Shown: positions 28,700 through 44,215 of the stretch, piece by piece
How positions within the stretch are numbered: the stretch's first letter is position 1
How the letters are laid out: every line of letters starts with the position of its first letter
NCBI GenBank assembly: GCA_951406725.2
Contig: OX597833.1
Span: 36,828,001 to 36,892,000 of the forward strand
Reading direction: 5' to 3'
Source of the DNA: Octopus vulgaris
Lineage: Eukaryota
DNA: 64,000 nucleotides
Notes under the pieces: model-generated
What the model was told of the DNA's origin: nothing
The model's input: only the letters and a program-made list of their open reading frames with translations
The model's database searches: none
Position numbers and translations under genes: made by a program

Positions 28700-30020
28700 T
28701 ATCATGAATCAACATTGCAGAGGAAATTAAAAACAATGAAGAACACTTAACAATTGAGCATATCCACAGATATACAACTGACATTTGATAAAAAAAAAAT
28801 ATACAGCTTGTTAAAGCAGATCTTTGGTCCTCACCAACCAACTATTGCTCCTCGCTGTTTACTAGATAGAGAAGGTATTCTAAAGATACTAATTCTAAGA
28901 TAGAATATGTCAAATTTAGGAAAAATTCTAAGAGCTAATGGCATACCAACTGAAGTTATTCAGCATAATGGAAATGTGACATTAATTAGCAATTTAAGAA
29001 ACGGTTTACTAGTTTTGCAAGATTGTAGAGATACTATACAGGTTTCACTGTAAGAGAAAAAGTGCTCAATCTAATCATGGTAACTTTTTAGTTATTTCCT
29101 TACTTGTAATTGTTGGTAAGATACTTACCAGACTTTTATTGATGGGTTGCAAATATATTAATGCTCCATCGTTGTCCCAGAGTCTCAATCTGGATTATAG
29201 ATTTCGTAGGGATGCTACAGATGTGATATTTAGCGTCAAACAGTTGTAAGACAAGGGAATAAGAGAGACAGACCCACCCCTTAACCAAATTTTTGTTGAT
29301 TTAATGAAAGTCATTGACATGATGAAAAGCTAAGTTTGTTTTTAGGTTTGTCCGACGAAACAGAGATATGAATACGTACTTCAGCTCATATGGTACTTTG
29401 GTGGAAACAGTTCAAGTGAACATTGGTGTTTAAACAGGGAGGAGATATACCTGTGCTATATTTCTTCTTCATATGCTTTGAGGTAGAAAAATTGTTTATG
29501 CATTTAACGACAGTGATCTAGGTATTTTAGTCTATCTGTGAATTGTTTCAAAACTGAATCAAAGGAGTAATCCGTTCCCAATTTACTGTAAGCTGACGAT
29601 TATGATTTTGTGGTTCATTCGTGACAAAATATTCAGAAAATCAGGAACAGTATTTGAACAGCTTTTAGACTTATGGTAAACCTGAAGAAAGCTAAGATAA
29701 TGTTTGTACCTTCGCCGAGGGAGACGAATGTGGAACCAAATACATTTGTCCAAAGGATCAAACTTCATATAGTAAATTCTTTTGTGTATCTTGGCAGTTC
29801 TGTCTCCGGATATCAGTCCCCAGAAATCAACTTGGGGCTTGGGAACGGTTATTTGCGTTTGGAAGATTTGAAACGAGTCGATTCAGAAAGGTACTTGTGT
29901 CATCATACTCCTGCTAGACACCTATGGGACATGAGCCCGTATCGAAAACAGATCCAAATACTCGAGAGATTTCACAAGAACACAAGAAATATGAGGTCTA
30001 TATTAAATATCAATATTAGC
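28700..30020 (+). mobile_element. Highly decayed RTE-clade LINE RT region
   Basis: 'VVPESQSG...DVIFSVKQL*DK...IFVDLMK', 'KQG', 'LL*ADD', 'VNLKKAKIM...FVYLGS', 'ILERFH'. Confidence 0.75.
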
Positions 30021-30091
30021 GTACACACACACACACACACACACACAGCGGATACTTCAAGTAGAAAAATGTACATATATGTACTTGTGTG

Positions 30092-30157
<66 letters not shown>

Positions 30158-30168
30158 TCTGTGTGTGT

Positions 30169-30206
<38 letters not shown>

Positions 30207-31058
30207 ATTTGTATGTGTGTATGTCCCAATCTGGCCACAGGCCAGTGGTCGAATTATTATAAGAGGTAGATAAATGTATGATACATATACTTGTATGACA
30301 TTCTTAAAACAATGATGGTAGTGCAATAAGCATTTAAAGTGATGAAAACAGCACTTCAGTCCCAATGCGAAACACAAAACTCCACCTGATTCCGTTATTT
30401 CCCTCATGGTATTGGACTAAAATGAGTCAATGTTCTCTTGAATTCTATATGATGTAAAGTTCTAAGAAAATTAAGTGAACTGAGGTAAGACAGAATTATG
30501 TGTGTGTGCCCAAACAAAGCGAAGCACCTGCAGAACATTTCCTGTATTAGGAGATGGCTCAGTGATATTGTTTTCAGTTGGAAATTGGTTATCTAGGCAA
30601 GATAACCAGGGGGAAAGGAAAATATATGACACATGCATACAGAAACAATTTGAGTGCGTGCGCGTATGTGTATGTGGGTGTGGGTGGGTGTGGGTGTGGG
30701 TGAGTGTGAGTGGGTGCGTGGAGTGTGGGTGGGTATTGGTGCGCACGCGCATGAGTATGTGTCTGTCTGAGGAGGTGGGTAAGTGGGGGCTGAATCACTA
30801 GCTTGAAACATACATAGGGCAAGATGTCAAGTAGGGTCAATATGACCGGCATTTTTTGCTTAAAAATTTATGCACGACGAGAAAAGCAGCGGACAAATAT
30901 TCAGTTTCATTCATTTCATTTCTTACTAAAATTTGTTCATGTTTCTTCATTATTTTTGGTCTTGATATAAAATACTGAATATAGATAAGACTGAAACGTT
31001 TTGTGAATTTTATAAGTTTTAAAACATATATACATATACGAGTACACACACAGATGCG

Positions 31059-31178
<120 letters not shown>

Positions 31179-31650
31179 CAGACATACAGATAGACAGACA
31201 GACAGACAGACAAACAGGTAGGTTGGTAGGTAGGTAGGTAGGTAGGTAGGTAGGTAGGTAGGTAGGTACGTGCGCGTGAGCGTGTATATTTCTTTATCTT
31301 TTACTCGTTTCAATCATTAGAGTGCGATGATGCTAGGGCACCACCTTGGGCACCAACCCGAATTGAACAAAATACAGCTGAACATGGGTTCCTGAGAAGA
31401 GAGCACAAATCCTTAATTCCTGCACAGCAAATGATAGCGATATCTGGGACTATAAAACTGCAAGACTGTCTTAAGATTTAAAGGATGCTTTCCTTCACAA
31501 CCTTGCTACCAAGTTAGGCGGCCGATGAAAAATCATTTTAAATTAAAAAGAGAAAGAGAAGAATGTATAAAAATATATATATATAATTTCCTCTATTTAC
31601 ATAATATTCAGGTCTCTTTCTTTCTTTCTTTTATCTTACCGTTTTTACCA

Positions 31651-31790
<140 letters not shown>

Positions 31791-31850
31791 GAAGAGAGAG
31801 ACAGACAGACAGAGACAGAGAGGCAATTATGCGTATAAACAAATTAGATA

Positions 31851-32254
31851 TCTTTATATATAAAAGAGAAGTTGTGTGTCTGTCTCCTACGATTTAGATT
31901 CCTAACTACTCCCACATTTTGCGGTGCAGTTTAGCCAAAACCGGGTATCTTATAGTCGTGATTCATATCGAGCCCTTCTGGGTATTAGCGCGCGTCTACG
32001 ATGAGTCTACGATTTAAAAAAAAAATTACCATCATTTTTTTCCATTTTAATGCATTTTTTCGCTATTATATAACTATATAAGATATATATAGTTATAAAA
32101 TGTCTACGATGAGTCAACGATTTTTAAAAAAAACTACCATCATTTTTTTTCCATTTTTAATGCATTTTTTTGCTATTTTTGGCTATAACTCTCTAAAAAT
32201 GCTTATATAGTTATTTCCCTTACAAACCCGAGCAATGCCGGGCGATACTGCTTG
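31851..32254 (+). mobile_element. Non-autonomous Helitron
   Basis: A|TCTTTATATATAAAAG 5' end. Subterminal hairpin CCCG-AGCAATGC-CGGG (32227-32242), then CTTG|T (CTAG variant). Internal ~100-bp tandem duplication. Confidence 0.75.
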
Positions 32255-32667
32255 TATCAAATATAACAGTTTGGGTATGAATTACAAAATACGTATATAT
32301 GTAAGCATGCAAAACGAATGAAAACAAATGGTAGAGACTTTCAGAAGATGAATATTTAAGAATAAATTATGTAGATATTTATATTAAGAGATCCAACTTA
32401 TGCAGGGTACAAACGACAGAGAAAATTAAAGGGAAGGAAGAAAGGTGTTATAAGTCAGGTGTTTCTGGGGACTCGGAGATCGATCATAATGTTGGTAGAT
32501 GTAGTTCATCACAGTATGCGGCCGTAATGGAAGCAATCAACATAGGATAAATCGAGCCTCCGTCATCGAGGTAGAAAAGCTATTACATTTCGGGTCAAAA
32601 GTGTTTGCTCTACTGAGAATATCAGTATCTCATCTGTTGACTATGTATGTACATGTGTGTGCGTGTG

Positions 32668-32735
<68 letters not shown>

Positions 32736-32800
32736 CGCACTATATACACATTTACTTATATAAATATACATGCATACACATAGACATACACATGTATGTA

Positions 32801-32845
<45 letters not shown>

Positions 32846-33029
32846 AGATGGATAGATTGATTGAGGTAAACGTTCTTGACAGTCTCTGCTGATATTCATT
32901 GTAAGCTGAATATACTGGAGCAATGCGAAATGAAATGCAGCGTTTAGAGGAATCCAAGAGCTGGGATTGGATTTCACAACTATACGATAATGAGGAGCAA
33001 CACCCTTTCATTGTGTATATAATGCTAGC

Positions 33030-33500
33030 AGCTAGGCCAAAATCTTCAAATCTGCGTTGCGCAGAGTGATGGGCCGAAAATTATCTATAAGGTCCCCTTG
33101 TTTGAGTCTTTCTTTAGAAGTGTCACCGCTCATCGGCTCACAAAACTGGAGATACTCCCGTTTTGCTGCCATTTGCAGTAGACTCTGCCAAGACTTCTCC
33201 AAACAATTCTTGAATATGTCAATAAAGTTCGTAGGGCAGACCATCCAAGCCCGGCAACTTATCTCTCATGCAACCTGCCATCGCGTTCCGCGCATCCGCA
33301 GCTGTGATGGGTCTTTCACAACACTTCGCCTCTCTTTCTGAGAGTCGTGAAAGGCCATGCCGGTAGGCACTAAAGTCCGCCTGCGTTCTGTCACACCAGG
33401 CGTCCCGAACAGTCGGGGAAAGTTCTGCTGAAAGGCCTGACACGTGCTTTTGGGCTCGAGTAATTCGCACCTCTGCTCATAAAAGATCTTTTCGAAATGA
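33030..33500 (-). mobile_element. Tx1/L1-type LINE ORF2 (RT N-terminal) fragment
   Basis: 'CERPITAADARNAMAGCMRDKLPGLDGLPYELY' and 'DLIDNFRPITLRNADLKILA'. Confidence 0.85.
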
Positions 33501-33930
33501 TAGACAACACCAAACATGCAAGACTCTTCAACAACACCGTCCTACCGGTGCTTTTATTCAGAAGAGAAACGTGGGTGCCTACGAAGAAGATAAAAGGTCG
33601 ATTCGCTAAGGTGCAAAGGACATGGAAAGATCTATACAAGGATTATTATTGTGAGATCATATTCGAAATTAGATAAATCGAAAGCAGAACAGAATGAATG
33701 ATCTGATCGCAGAGTACCAAAAGCACAAGTTCGGCTGGGCCGGACATGTCGCAAGGCTAAGAGATAATCCACACAGTTGCTAAATATTATCCAAAAGATA
33801 AAAAAATGGCCAATTAGAAGGCCTACACGACGATAGGAAGACGATTTAGTTAAGCGACTTGGACAAAATGGTAAAGAATGGCGCAATCAAAACAGAATTG
33901 GAAATGCATTGTCACCAGCGGTGAACAATA
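33500..33930 (+). mobile_element. RTE-clade LINE 3' fragment
   Basis: 'RLFNNTVLPVLLFRRETW', 'KFGWAGHVARLRDN', 'RRPTRR*EDDLVK'. Confidence 0.75.
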
Positions 33931-34509
33931 GCATCTGATGGTCTTGTCGATACTGTGATGCTGTGATATGAATATTTACATACATATTCATACATATAGA
34001 CACATGAATATAATTAATATATGGGTGTTTGTTAGGTGTAGGTATGTAGACGTATATATATATATATGAATACATGCATACAGATAGACAGATAGATAGA
34101 TATGTATGTGTTTATGTGTCTATGTATGGATGTGTGTGTTTTTGTGTCTGTGTACGTCTATGTGTGAGTGTGTGTTTGTGTGCATATATATATTCAAGTT
34201 CAGGCATTGGACTTCTACTTTAGCACCGTTCAAACTTGTGTTTTGTGAGTAAATTTTGAAGGCGGAAACTGTTAAGAAAGCCTTCGTGTGTGTTTCTGCC
34301 TTGTCAACTGGAGCTGCGTTGTCATGATCCCAGTATATATTCCTAAGCAACTGAACAACGACCAGCTTTAAACTGGGCTTCATTTCATACTCTTATCCTA
34401 TAGCGAGGATAGCCTTGCAGCGCAGTTTTCCAAACACTGAATCAAGTAAAAAAATTAAAGGAAAAATAATAGATATATTTCTAAAAAATTATACATATAA
34501 TACGTATAG

Positions 34510-34542
<33 letters not shown>

Positions 34543-34778
34543 CGTGTGTGTGTATATATATATATCATATATATGTATATGTGGGTATGTATGTATATAT
34601 ATATATATTTATGTATGTATGAATATATATATATATATATCATATATATATGTATATGTGTGTGTATGTATGTATACATGTATATATGCATATATATATA
34701 TATACGAAGAGTTTACGAAAAAAACAAAAAAAACAAAAGACGAAGACAGGTGGTGTACAAAACAAACAGATGTATTAG

Positions 34779-34816
<38 letters not shown>

Positions 34817-34916
34817 TACGCACATATATATATATACATATTTTTTTCTTTTATATGTTTCAGTCCAATGACTGTGGCCATGCTGGAGCACCGCCATTTT
34901 AAAAAATGTCCTGGAG

Positions 34917-34949
<33 letters not shown>

Positions 34950-35064
34950 CATAAATACATATACATATATATGCATATATATATGTATATATGTACATAT
35001 ATATGTGTGTATATATATATACATACATGTATATATATATATGTATATATACATATACATATAC

Positions 35065-35114
<50 letters not shown>

Positions 35115-35141
35115 GTATATACATGTATGTATGTATATATT

Positions 35142-35195
<54 letters not shown>

Positions 35196-36004
35196 AGTGT
35201 ATATATATGTATATATATTCTTTTATCTCTTACTTGTTTCCGCCCTTAAACTGCAGTCATACTGGGGCACCGCCTTGCAGAATTTTATTCAAACGAATCA
35301 AACTTAATATTTATTTTTTTCTTCATCTCTGTACCTTACTTCAAAATAATAGGTAAGGTAGAATACATGTATCCAAAGAAGCATTGTGCAGGGAGATCGA
35401 ATCCGAATCCATACTGCTGCAAAATGGACTTCTTAGCGTGTTGATATAGAAATGACATATTGAATAACAGTTTGAGAGAAAGAAAATAAGTCTCACTGTC
35501 GTTTCTCGAAAAACGTCTATATCACTTAGCAGGCGGCATCGAGGAACAGCCGATGTCAGTGCGTGATAAATTATCTGAGAACGTAGATTAAACATTACAG
35601 TCAAAATAACTCTGATACAGCGTCATACCCGTAGTTGCGATACAGAACTCTAATTTGGGTAGTGTATCAACCTATTTCGAAAAGTGAAAATAGGCTTACT
35701 TGTGGCCGAGTAATCGTAACACCGCGTGGTCACCTTACAAGAGACGAGATATATTTTAAAGTCACCTTAGGTTTCTTTTCCCGTCACAAATTGATATTTC
35801 TAATCCATAACACCACATCTAGATAGCGTATTTATTCGTGAATAAGTGGCTTGATTTGAACTGAAAAACTAGCGTGCGACTAGTCCATGGAGCAAAGCTA
35901 AATCTGTGAAGGACAGTGGATAGGGGTAGTGTACCAAGAGTTAACGCTAAATTGGATGGGCTAGGGGTTATACACGAGGAATTATTGTGTGTGTGTTTGT
36001 GTGC

Positions 36005-36039
<35 letters not shown>

Positions 36040-37851
36040 AACAACTGATATTCCACAAAATATTCCATAATGGGAATAATAAAACAAATAATGAATAAAA
36101 TTTAGAATTACAAATTTACTGCAGCTCCCTCTAATGCTTAGACTAGTAACAGACCATGTAAAAATATTGCTTTTATAGAAATAATCTGAGAAACACTAGT
36201 AAAAACAACGGAGAAAGGAGGAAAATTGAGAAGGAAAAGGTTTAAAACCAGTCAATTTGGCAGTAAATAGGATGGTCAAACGATTAAAATCTTTAAAATA
36301 TGACTGTTAATAGGGATGCGAAAGGGTTGAAAAATTAAAAAAACATATTGCACGTGTCTTTTGAGAATTTATAACAGTCGTATTTGAGAGACATTGCTTA
36401 CAAAATCCCACTCTTTGAATATATCCGGATGAATAAAACGAAGATCAAACAGTTTTGTAAAAGGAAATTATTATAAAAGACGTGAATTATTCGTGTTTCG
36501 ATAAAAGAAATCTTTACATCATTTAAGAGTGTATTTATATTCATCGGTTAATCAGTGGGAGCTACTGTCATAAACTCTTCTCTCGTTTGTTATTCAATAA
36601 ACCATTTATGGAAATTTTTACCAATCATAATCTCTAATACAAACCACCAAGATGCAAAAATCATAAAGGATGGAGAACAACAAAAATTTTATAAAACTTT
36701 GAATTTCAAAGCGCACAGGTCCCCATTTGAATGTTTATATGCTTTAATGAAATCAATTTTCACAGTTATTAGTGTTGTTTGGGAAATACATTGTTTCATG
36801 AAAATGAAATTCATTTCATTGACAAATTTAACTAACATTCCCTGAGACTTGTTTCAGAGACATCAAGTTATCTTATTAGACTGCTCATGAAAAATACAAA
36901 CTGTTAAATTATTTCCCAATATACACAGAAAAAAAAAAAAATCTGCATGCACCTTCTAATGATATTATAATTCGTCTCTAACACAAAGGTAAATTAATTC
37001 ATTGACCTTGCTGCACAATCTTATTCATATTGCTATTTAGTTTTGCTTCCATAATTATTCTCATTTTTTGTGGAATTCTCAATAAAATTATAGTTTGTCA
37101 GTTGGTACTTCTTTTTCCAGTTTACTGCATTTCCAATTTATTGCATTATAATAAGTTATGATAGCTTGTTTTGTAAGTGCCTGTTCAACCGATGTATCAG
37201 TGTGAATCAAGAAATTTATAACCTTAATGTTTACTTTGAAATCTGTATAATAACTTGGTTGTCTTGTACGTTCCGGTCTTTGCTACTTTGTGGTTTCGTG
37301 TTATTGCAATATACATTCAAACTTAGAGTTTTTTGTTAGATAGGGTTCAGGTTACGCTCTGTTTTATGAGTATTTTCCGTGACACATCCATCTATTCTGT
37401 GAACTAAGTTCAATTGAAAATTATTATTTTTAGGAATTAATTGTATAATTTTTAGTCCGGCGCTGATGAGTTTATCCGTTATAAAATTATACCCAAGAAC
37501 CTTTCAGTTTACTATAGAGCTCACGAACACGTTCTTAACACTATCACCTTATTATCAAAATTACATCACAATGTTCTTAAAATACCTGTGGACTAATGGA
37601 TTTAGGAAAGTTATCATTCCAGACTAAACATAAAGGACTAACGAGGTATGAAAAATCCATAATGAAAGCCATTAAGCTTCAACATAGGCATGTTTCTCAA
37701 TACAACACAAACATAACTATACGTAGAAAGGCGCATGTGTGTGCGCGTGCGTGTATGCATGTGTGTGTGTGTGTGTGTGTGTGTGCTCTTTTAACTGGGG
37801 GAGACTAAATATATATTTAAATATATTTTACAACTTTTACATTATAAGAGG

Positions 37852-37920
<69 letters not shown>

Positions 37921-37987
37921 GTATATACATATATTTATCTAGATACGAATATAGATATGAATATACACATAACACACATACACACGC

Positions 37988-38024
<37 letters not shown>

Positions 38025-38106
38025 GGTCCCGGGTTGATATATATATTAAGACGACGCGCTTTTTTCAGTGTCTATCTACTGATAAAAAGCACCTCTCTCT
38101 CTGTCA

Positions 38107-38202
<96 letters not shown>

Positions 38203-38288
38203 AGAGAGAGAGAGAGAGAGGTTTTTTCAGTTTCCATCTACCATATGTATGTATGTACGTATGTAATGTACGTGTGTATGTATGTATG

Positions 38289-38319
<31 letters not shown>

Positions 38320-38688
38320 TGTACGTACGTATGTATGTATGTATGTATGTATGTATGTATGTATGTATGTATGTATATATATGTGTGTGTGTGTGCCTGT
38401 ATGCGTGTATGTATATAGATATGTGTGTGTGTGCATATGTGTGGGTTGCGTCTTTGAGCTGTGTTTATTCTCCACCACCGCTAATTGTGTGTTTATGTTT
38501 CCACAACATATCGGCTCGGCAACACAAACTGATAGAATAAGCACCAGGCTTACAAAAGGAAAACTAAGTTCTGTGACCAAATCTTTCGACTACAATTCTT
38601 GACTGCGGTGCCCAGCATGGCCGCAGTCTAATTACTGAAATAAGTAAATGAATATATATATATGTATATATATTTATATATACACACA

Positions 38689-38753
<65 letters not shown>

Positions 38754-39582
38754 AATAATATATACACGCATATATATAATATAAATTATATATATATATG
38801 TATGTGTGTATGTATATATGTAGGTACGGGATGTCACCAACTGTAAACAACATGAAGTACGAAAACAAATGTGTGAAATACGCTAACAATGCTAACAATA
38901 AGAGAATAAAATGGAAAACAGGACAAGTACCACAAAGAACGACCCTTCATCAGTTGTCGGCTGTCTATCTACTTCTCATTTCAAGCATATATATATATAT
39001 ATATATAGTATACTGAGCGTATATATTAACACATACATGCATACATATATGCATATATACGCACGTATACAAGCGTGTTTGTATGTATATATAATATGTA
39101 TACAGAGAGAGAGAGAGAGAGAGAGGGAGAATTATAGAGAAGAGCAAAGGATAGTTGTTAAGAAGTTCACTTCGCAATTGCGTTGTTTAGGGGTCACGCT
39201 CACTTCACAGTAACTTGAGCAAGTATCTTTTTACTATAACCCATGGTCAACCATTACCTTGTGAACAGACGGAAACTCTGAGTGTGCGTGCACGCGTAAG
39301 TTAGCGGCTGACCAAAAATGGCCAAGAAAAAAAGCACCTGCGTTTAAAAAGAAGGTAATAGTATCGATTTGTTCGACTGAACCCTTCAAGGCGATACCCC
39401 AGCATAGCTGCAGTCCAATGACTGAAAACAGTAAAAGAATATTATGTATGTATGTATGTATGTATGTATGTATGTATGTATGTATGTATGTATGTATGTA
39501 TGTATGTATGTATGCATGTATGTATGTGCATATATGTGCTTGTATGTACGTATGTGCATAAAGAGAGAAAGAGAGAAGGACG

Positions 39583-39680
<98 letters not shown>

Positions 39681-40688
39681 GTGAATGACTGCCTGGTTGA
39701 TTAACAGATAAGTGTGTGTGTGTAAATGTGAGGATGTGAATATCTACGTGTAATCATACGTATGTGCACATATTGAATATTGTAGCAATATATACTTAGT
39801 GTATGTGTGTAAATGAGTATTTGCATTACTATTTGGAGATGAAGTGTTGTTGTGGAGGAGGCGGCGTGATCAACTGGCGGATTTTATCATCCAGTATCAC
39901 ATATAAGGATGTAGACTGCAAATGGACACCGGCAGCAACGAAGACCACCCAGAAGTTGAATCGGAAGTGCTTCCTAACCCACCACGCCACCACCATCCTT
40001 CATTCTTTATGACAACCAACTTCTCCCACAAAGTAGGAGCACGAAATTCATCAACACCACCATCACTTCTACTCCAACATCACAACAAGCTTATTCTAAA
40101 ACTACTACCATAAACACAATTATCACTACTATCGGTACAACCACCATAATCACATTTCAAAATAATCTTAACCAGTACCAGTAACATCATTAGCTTTAAT
40201 ATTGATTTAAAATTGTGGCAGAAGGCCAGCAATTTAGAAAGAGGAGATAAATCGATTACATCGACCCATTTTCAACTGGTACTTATTTTGTTGACTCCCT
40301 AAAGGATGAAGGCAAAATTGACCTCGGTGGAATTTGAACTCAGAATGTAAAGGCTGACGAAATGCCGCCAAGTAATTAACATATTACATTAACAGTGATA
40401 TATTAATTACTTCAGCGAAGTTGGCGAGCTGTCAGAACTGTTAGCACGTCGGACAAAATGCTCACTAGCATTGCGTCCGTCTTCAAGTTGGTAGTTGAAA
40501 TTCCGCCGAGGACGACTTTACCTTTCATCCTTTCAGGGTCGATAACGTAAGTGCCAATCAAGTAATGAGGTCGATGTAATCGACTTACCCTGCCCACCAA
40601 AACAGATGGGTCTGTGCCAAAATTTGTAACCAATGTTCCTTCATCAAACATCTCTCCACACTCATTTATATGCATGCGTATATGTACA

Positions 40689-40767
<79 letters not shown>

Positions 40768-41344
40768 ATGCACACATTTTATCTCTTATTTCAGCCATCA
40801 CTCGCACACACATCTTATCTCTTGTTTCAGCCATTAGACTGCAGCAATGCTGAGGCACTGCCTTGAAGCGTTTGATAGAACAAATCGAGCCCGGTGTATA
40901 TTATTTAAGCTTGGTACTACTTATTTGTTGAACCGCTAGGTTATGGGTACGTAAAACAGATCAACACTGATTGTCAAGTGGTGGTGGAGACAAACATACA
41001 CAAAGTCACACACGTAAACATATACATATATGTCTATATACGACGCGCTTCTTTCAATTTCCGTTTATGAAACCCACTCACGAGTCCTGAGCTATCCGAG
41101 GCTATAGTAGAAGCCAAACGATGGGACTGATGCCGGACCCAAGTAAGGAACTTCTTACCACACAGCCACTGTGAAGAACGACAAGTAACCAAAGATCTGC
41201 CTCAATAGTGACTTCCAGTTGTGTACAACACGAAGCATCAGCGTCAAGATAGTCTACTGTGCCGAATACAAGCCAAATAATAGAAATAATAATATACAAA
41301 AATAGGTATTCAATGCTTTATAGAACATTGAATACCATAATTGG

Positions 41345-41392
<48 letters not shown>

Positions 41393-41399
41393 ACGAACC

Positions 41400-41433
<34 letters not shown>

Positions 41434-41649
41434 CACACACACATGCTCTAGCACACATGCATGTGTCATAAAGGAATACCAAGTGCAGGCATGTGTGTGC
41501 GTGTGTGTGTTTGTCTATATGTCTGTGTCTGTATGTGTATGAATGAAAGTGTTTGTAAATATTACTTTACAGTAATAGCTGGTTAGTTTGTTTGACTTGT
41601 TGCTTCTTTTCTTGTTTGCTTGGTTGATTGATTTCTCTATTCACACTTT

Positions 41650-42700
41650 ACTTTGTATAGAGATCACCATACTTGTAGACTTTTCAGATTTAAACTTCAT
41701 TCTAACCCATTTTGCCATGTGCTGAAGTGAAGTCACCACCCGTTCTGCTTTCATATGGGTTGTGGTTGTTTTTGTAAGATTATCCATGAAACATCTCACT
41801 GGATGTTATTGGAAACCCGATTCCATTGTTGTTATAGCTTCATCCCAAAGGGTGATGTGGTCTCCATTTTTCCATACATGATCAGCTATACCCGATTTAT
41901 CAATATCTCCCCGTGTCACAGCTTTGCGATGTTCCTGTACCCTTATTTTAAGGGGGGCGGCATGTTTCGCCTTTGTATAACCTACCTTCTTTCTACCTTC
42001 TTCCAGCACGCCAGAAAGATTCCTTTTTTCCATAACTTTCGAAGCACCCATAATTTTCGAAGGAACATTGGGTATTTTTTACTTTAAATTCTTTGTACGA
42101 TATAACACTCGAGCTAATTTTGATCTGGCCTTCTTCGCCACCGTTTTCACTTCTTTCCAGGGTGAACAGCTGGTACAAAGCTTGTTTCCTGGTAATTCAG
42201 CTCTACCGATGTTGAAGCTGACATCCAAGGCTTCGTTTTTGAGGTTGTTATTGTGGGTCTCCTTCAGAAACGTTCTTACGTCTTCTCTGGAGCTGGTCAA
42301 TCGACTTGATTTGGTCTCACCCAGCAATATCCAAGTGAACTTTAACGGGTTCCTGGTAAACTGAGCCCTTTTAGACTCTCATTCCTTTCTTACATCCGAG
42401 TACGTTTTGCCTTTCTAAGTCTGTTGAGATGTTGTTGCAGTTGACTTGTCAAGTCTCAAACAGCTTCTCTTTAACTGGCAGGAGCTCACTTTTCTGGTCC
42501 TTGAGGGTCGTGATTTCTCAACGCAGGTGATGAATCTCTCTTTTTCTTCAGCTATTCTGCTTCTCGATCTTTGTGGTAATCTGTCTCTTTTCTGTTCCAA
42601 AGTGATTTCTTGCCAGACTGAAAGCGATAAGTAAATTCTAATATTTTGTTGAAGTCTTGGGCCAATTGGTGCCATTCCTTTGTTTCAGTTATCTTGGGTC
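41650..42700 (-). mobile_element. Hero-like (R2/NeSL group) LINE fragment with the central RT region missing
   Basis: 'KRAQFTRNPLKFTWILLGETKSSRLTSSREDVRTFLKETH', 'PWKEVKTVAKKARS', 'LRKLWKKG', then 'PVRCFMDNLT' and 'AKWVRMKFKSEKSTSMVI' (FMDD-type RT motifs). Confidence 0.75.
41838..41987 (-). mobile_element. PLE GIY-YIG endonuclease fragment embedded in the Hero-like relic
   Basis: 'GRLYKGETCRP/LKIRVQEHRKAVTRGDIDKSGIADHVWKNGDHITLWDE' (one frameshift). Confidence 0.8.
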
Positions 42701-43825
42701 ATTTGATTCGATATCTCGCAGGGAAGGATTGCTATCTGGGGGTGGTGTTCGCTGGATGTGCGATGGTCCCATACAATGCACGCTCTAAACTGCACTCGTG
42801 CCATCTTAATCAATCGTCATTTCTCTTTTCTTCTCTCTAAACTCATCTTTTTCTGTTCCTCGTCTATTTCTTGCTTCTTATGCTTATTCATCCACCTATT
42901 TCTCTCTATTATTCTTCCAGTGCATCTCTATCTTTATGCCCTGTTTTGCACTACTTCTGCGTCTTATATCCTCTTCATCTCGTGTCTTCTTCTTCTTCTT
43001 CTTCTTCTTCTTCTTCTTCTTCTTCTTCTTCTTCTTCTTCTTCTTCTTCTTCTTCTTCTTCTTCTTCTTCTTTTACTTTTCTTCTAGCCTTTTTTTTGTC
43101 CCTTCATGTTTTTGCTCCATCAGTTTCTTTTTTTAATAGCTGATACGTCACTAAATACATCGCAGCAAAAAATTAAAATAATTATAACAACCACTAAAAT
43201 AACAACAGCTTGGTGACAAAATAAAAAAATTATGAAAAATAATACTACAATCACTCCCATCGCTAAACGTCGAACAAGATCAAGAGGAGAATGTTTTCGG
43301 CTTAATAGATAATAATTGACTTGATTCTCTTATAAAAAATTATCTCTCTTCTTTGTTTGATGTCATCATATAAGTGTTGTTATTGCTACTGCTGCCGCAG
43401 TTCTTGTTCACATTGTAGATGCCTTTTTTTTTTTCGCTGATGTCTTCGTTAATGCAATTATTGAGGCATTTGTTTAGCAATTTAGCCCGAGATCAGAGCT
43501 GATTGAACAGACCTATAATGAAAGTTGTTCAAACCAAGTCCAAACATTCTTTTTACATTATTTACATTATTTAAATTACGATGTACATGCATAGCAAATG
43601 TTTTGATATGAGATCATCTGCCGAAACTGAAGTGATGGAAGCATGTAAGACATAAGTTAGACATTCAGAAACAAATGTTTTATGGAAATTGTCGGTCTTT
43701 GTCTGTTTCTGAACGGCTGACTTATGTTTTCCACGCCGCAATGGATTATGTAAATTATTCAACGTGTCCTTCCCTGTTTGAAGGGGGTGGTGTGATTAGG
43801 ATATATATAAATACATAAATACATA

Positions 43826-43875
<50 letters not shown>

Positions 43876-44145
43876 CTATATATGTATTATAAAAATTTTG
43901 TAGAGGTATATTGGCGCAGATATGGTTGTGTGGTTAAGAACCTCGCATTGCAAGAACTCGAATTCGGACGCAGTCCCACTGTGCGACACCTGGAGTAAAT
44001 GTCTTCTAGTGTAGCCCAAGGCCAACCAATACCTTGTGAGTGAATTTAGTAGCCGAAACCTGTGTGGAAGACAGTCAGTGCAAAAAGAAATGACTTCATG
44101 AATATATCTTCTTTTAACACTTCCTTCTGATATGTTCTCACACCA

Positions 44146-44215
<70 letters not shown>

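Noticed and set aside
31350-31550. Possible R4-like LINE 3' end ('AISGTIK..KTVLRF*')
   Set aside because: Too short and frameshifted to call with confidence.
37463-37490. CTGATGAG followed by a small hairpin
   Set aside because: No downstream GAAA/NUH, so at most a remnant.
35600-37560. Long unique AT-rich stretch as a possible decayed PLE or exon
   Set aside because: No motif I could recognise in any frame.
39840-40113. GC-richer stretch with the short ORF 'MDTGSNEDHPEVESEVLPNPP' as a possible exon
   Set aside because: No recognisable homology, no clear splice sites, and it grades into low-complexity (CAC/CAA) sequence.
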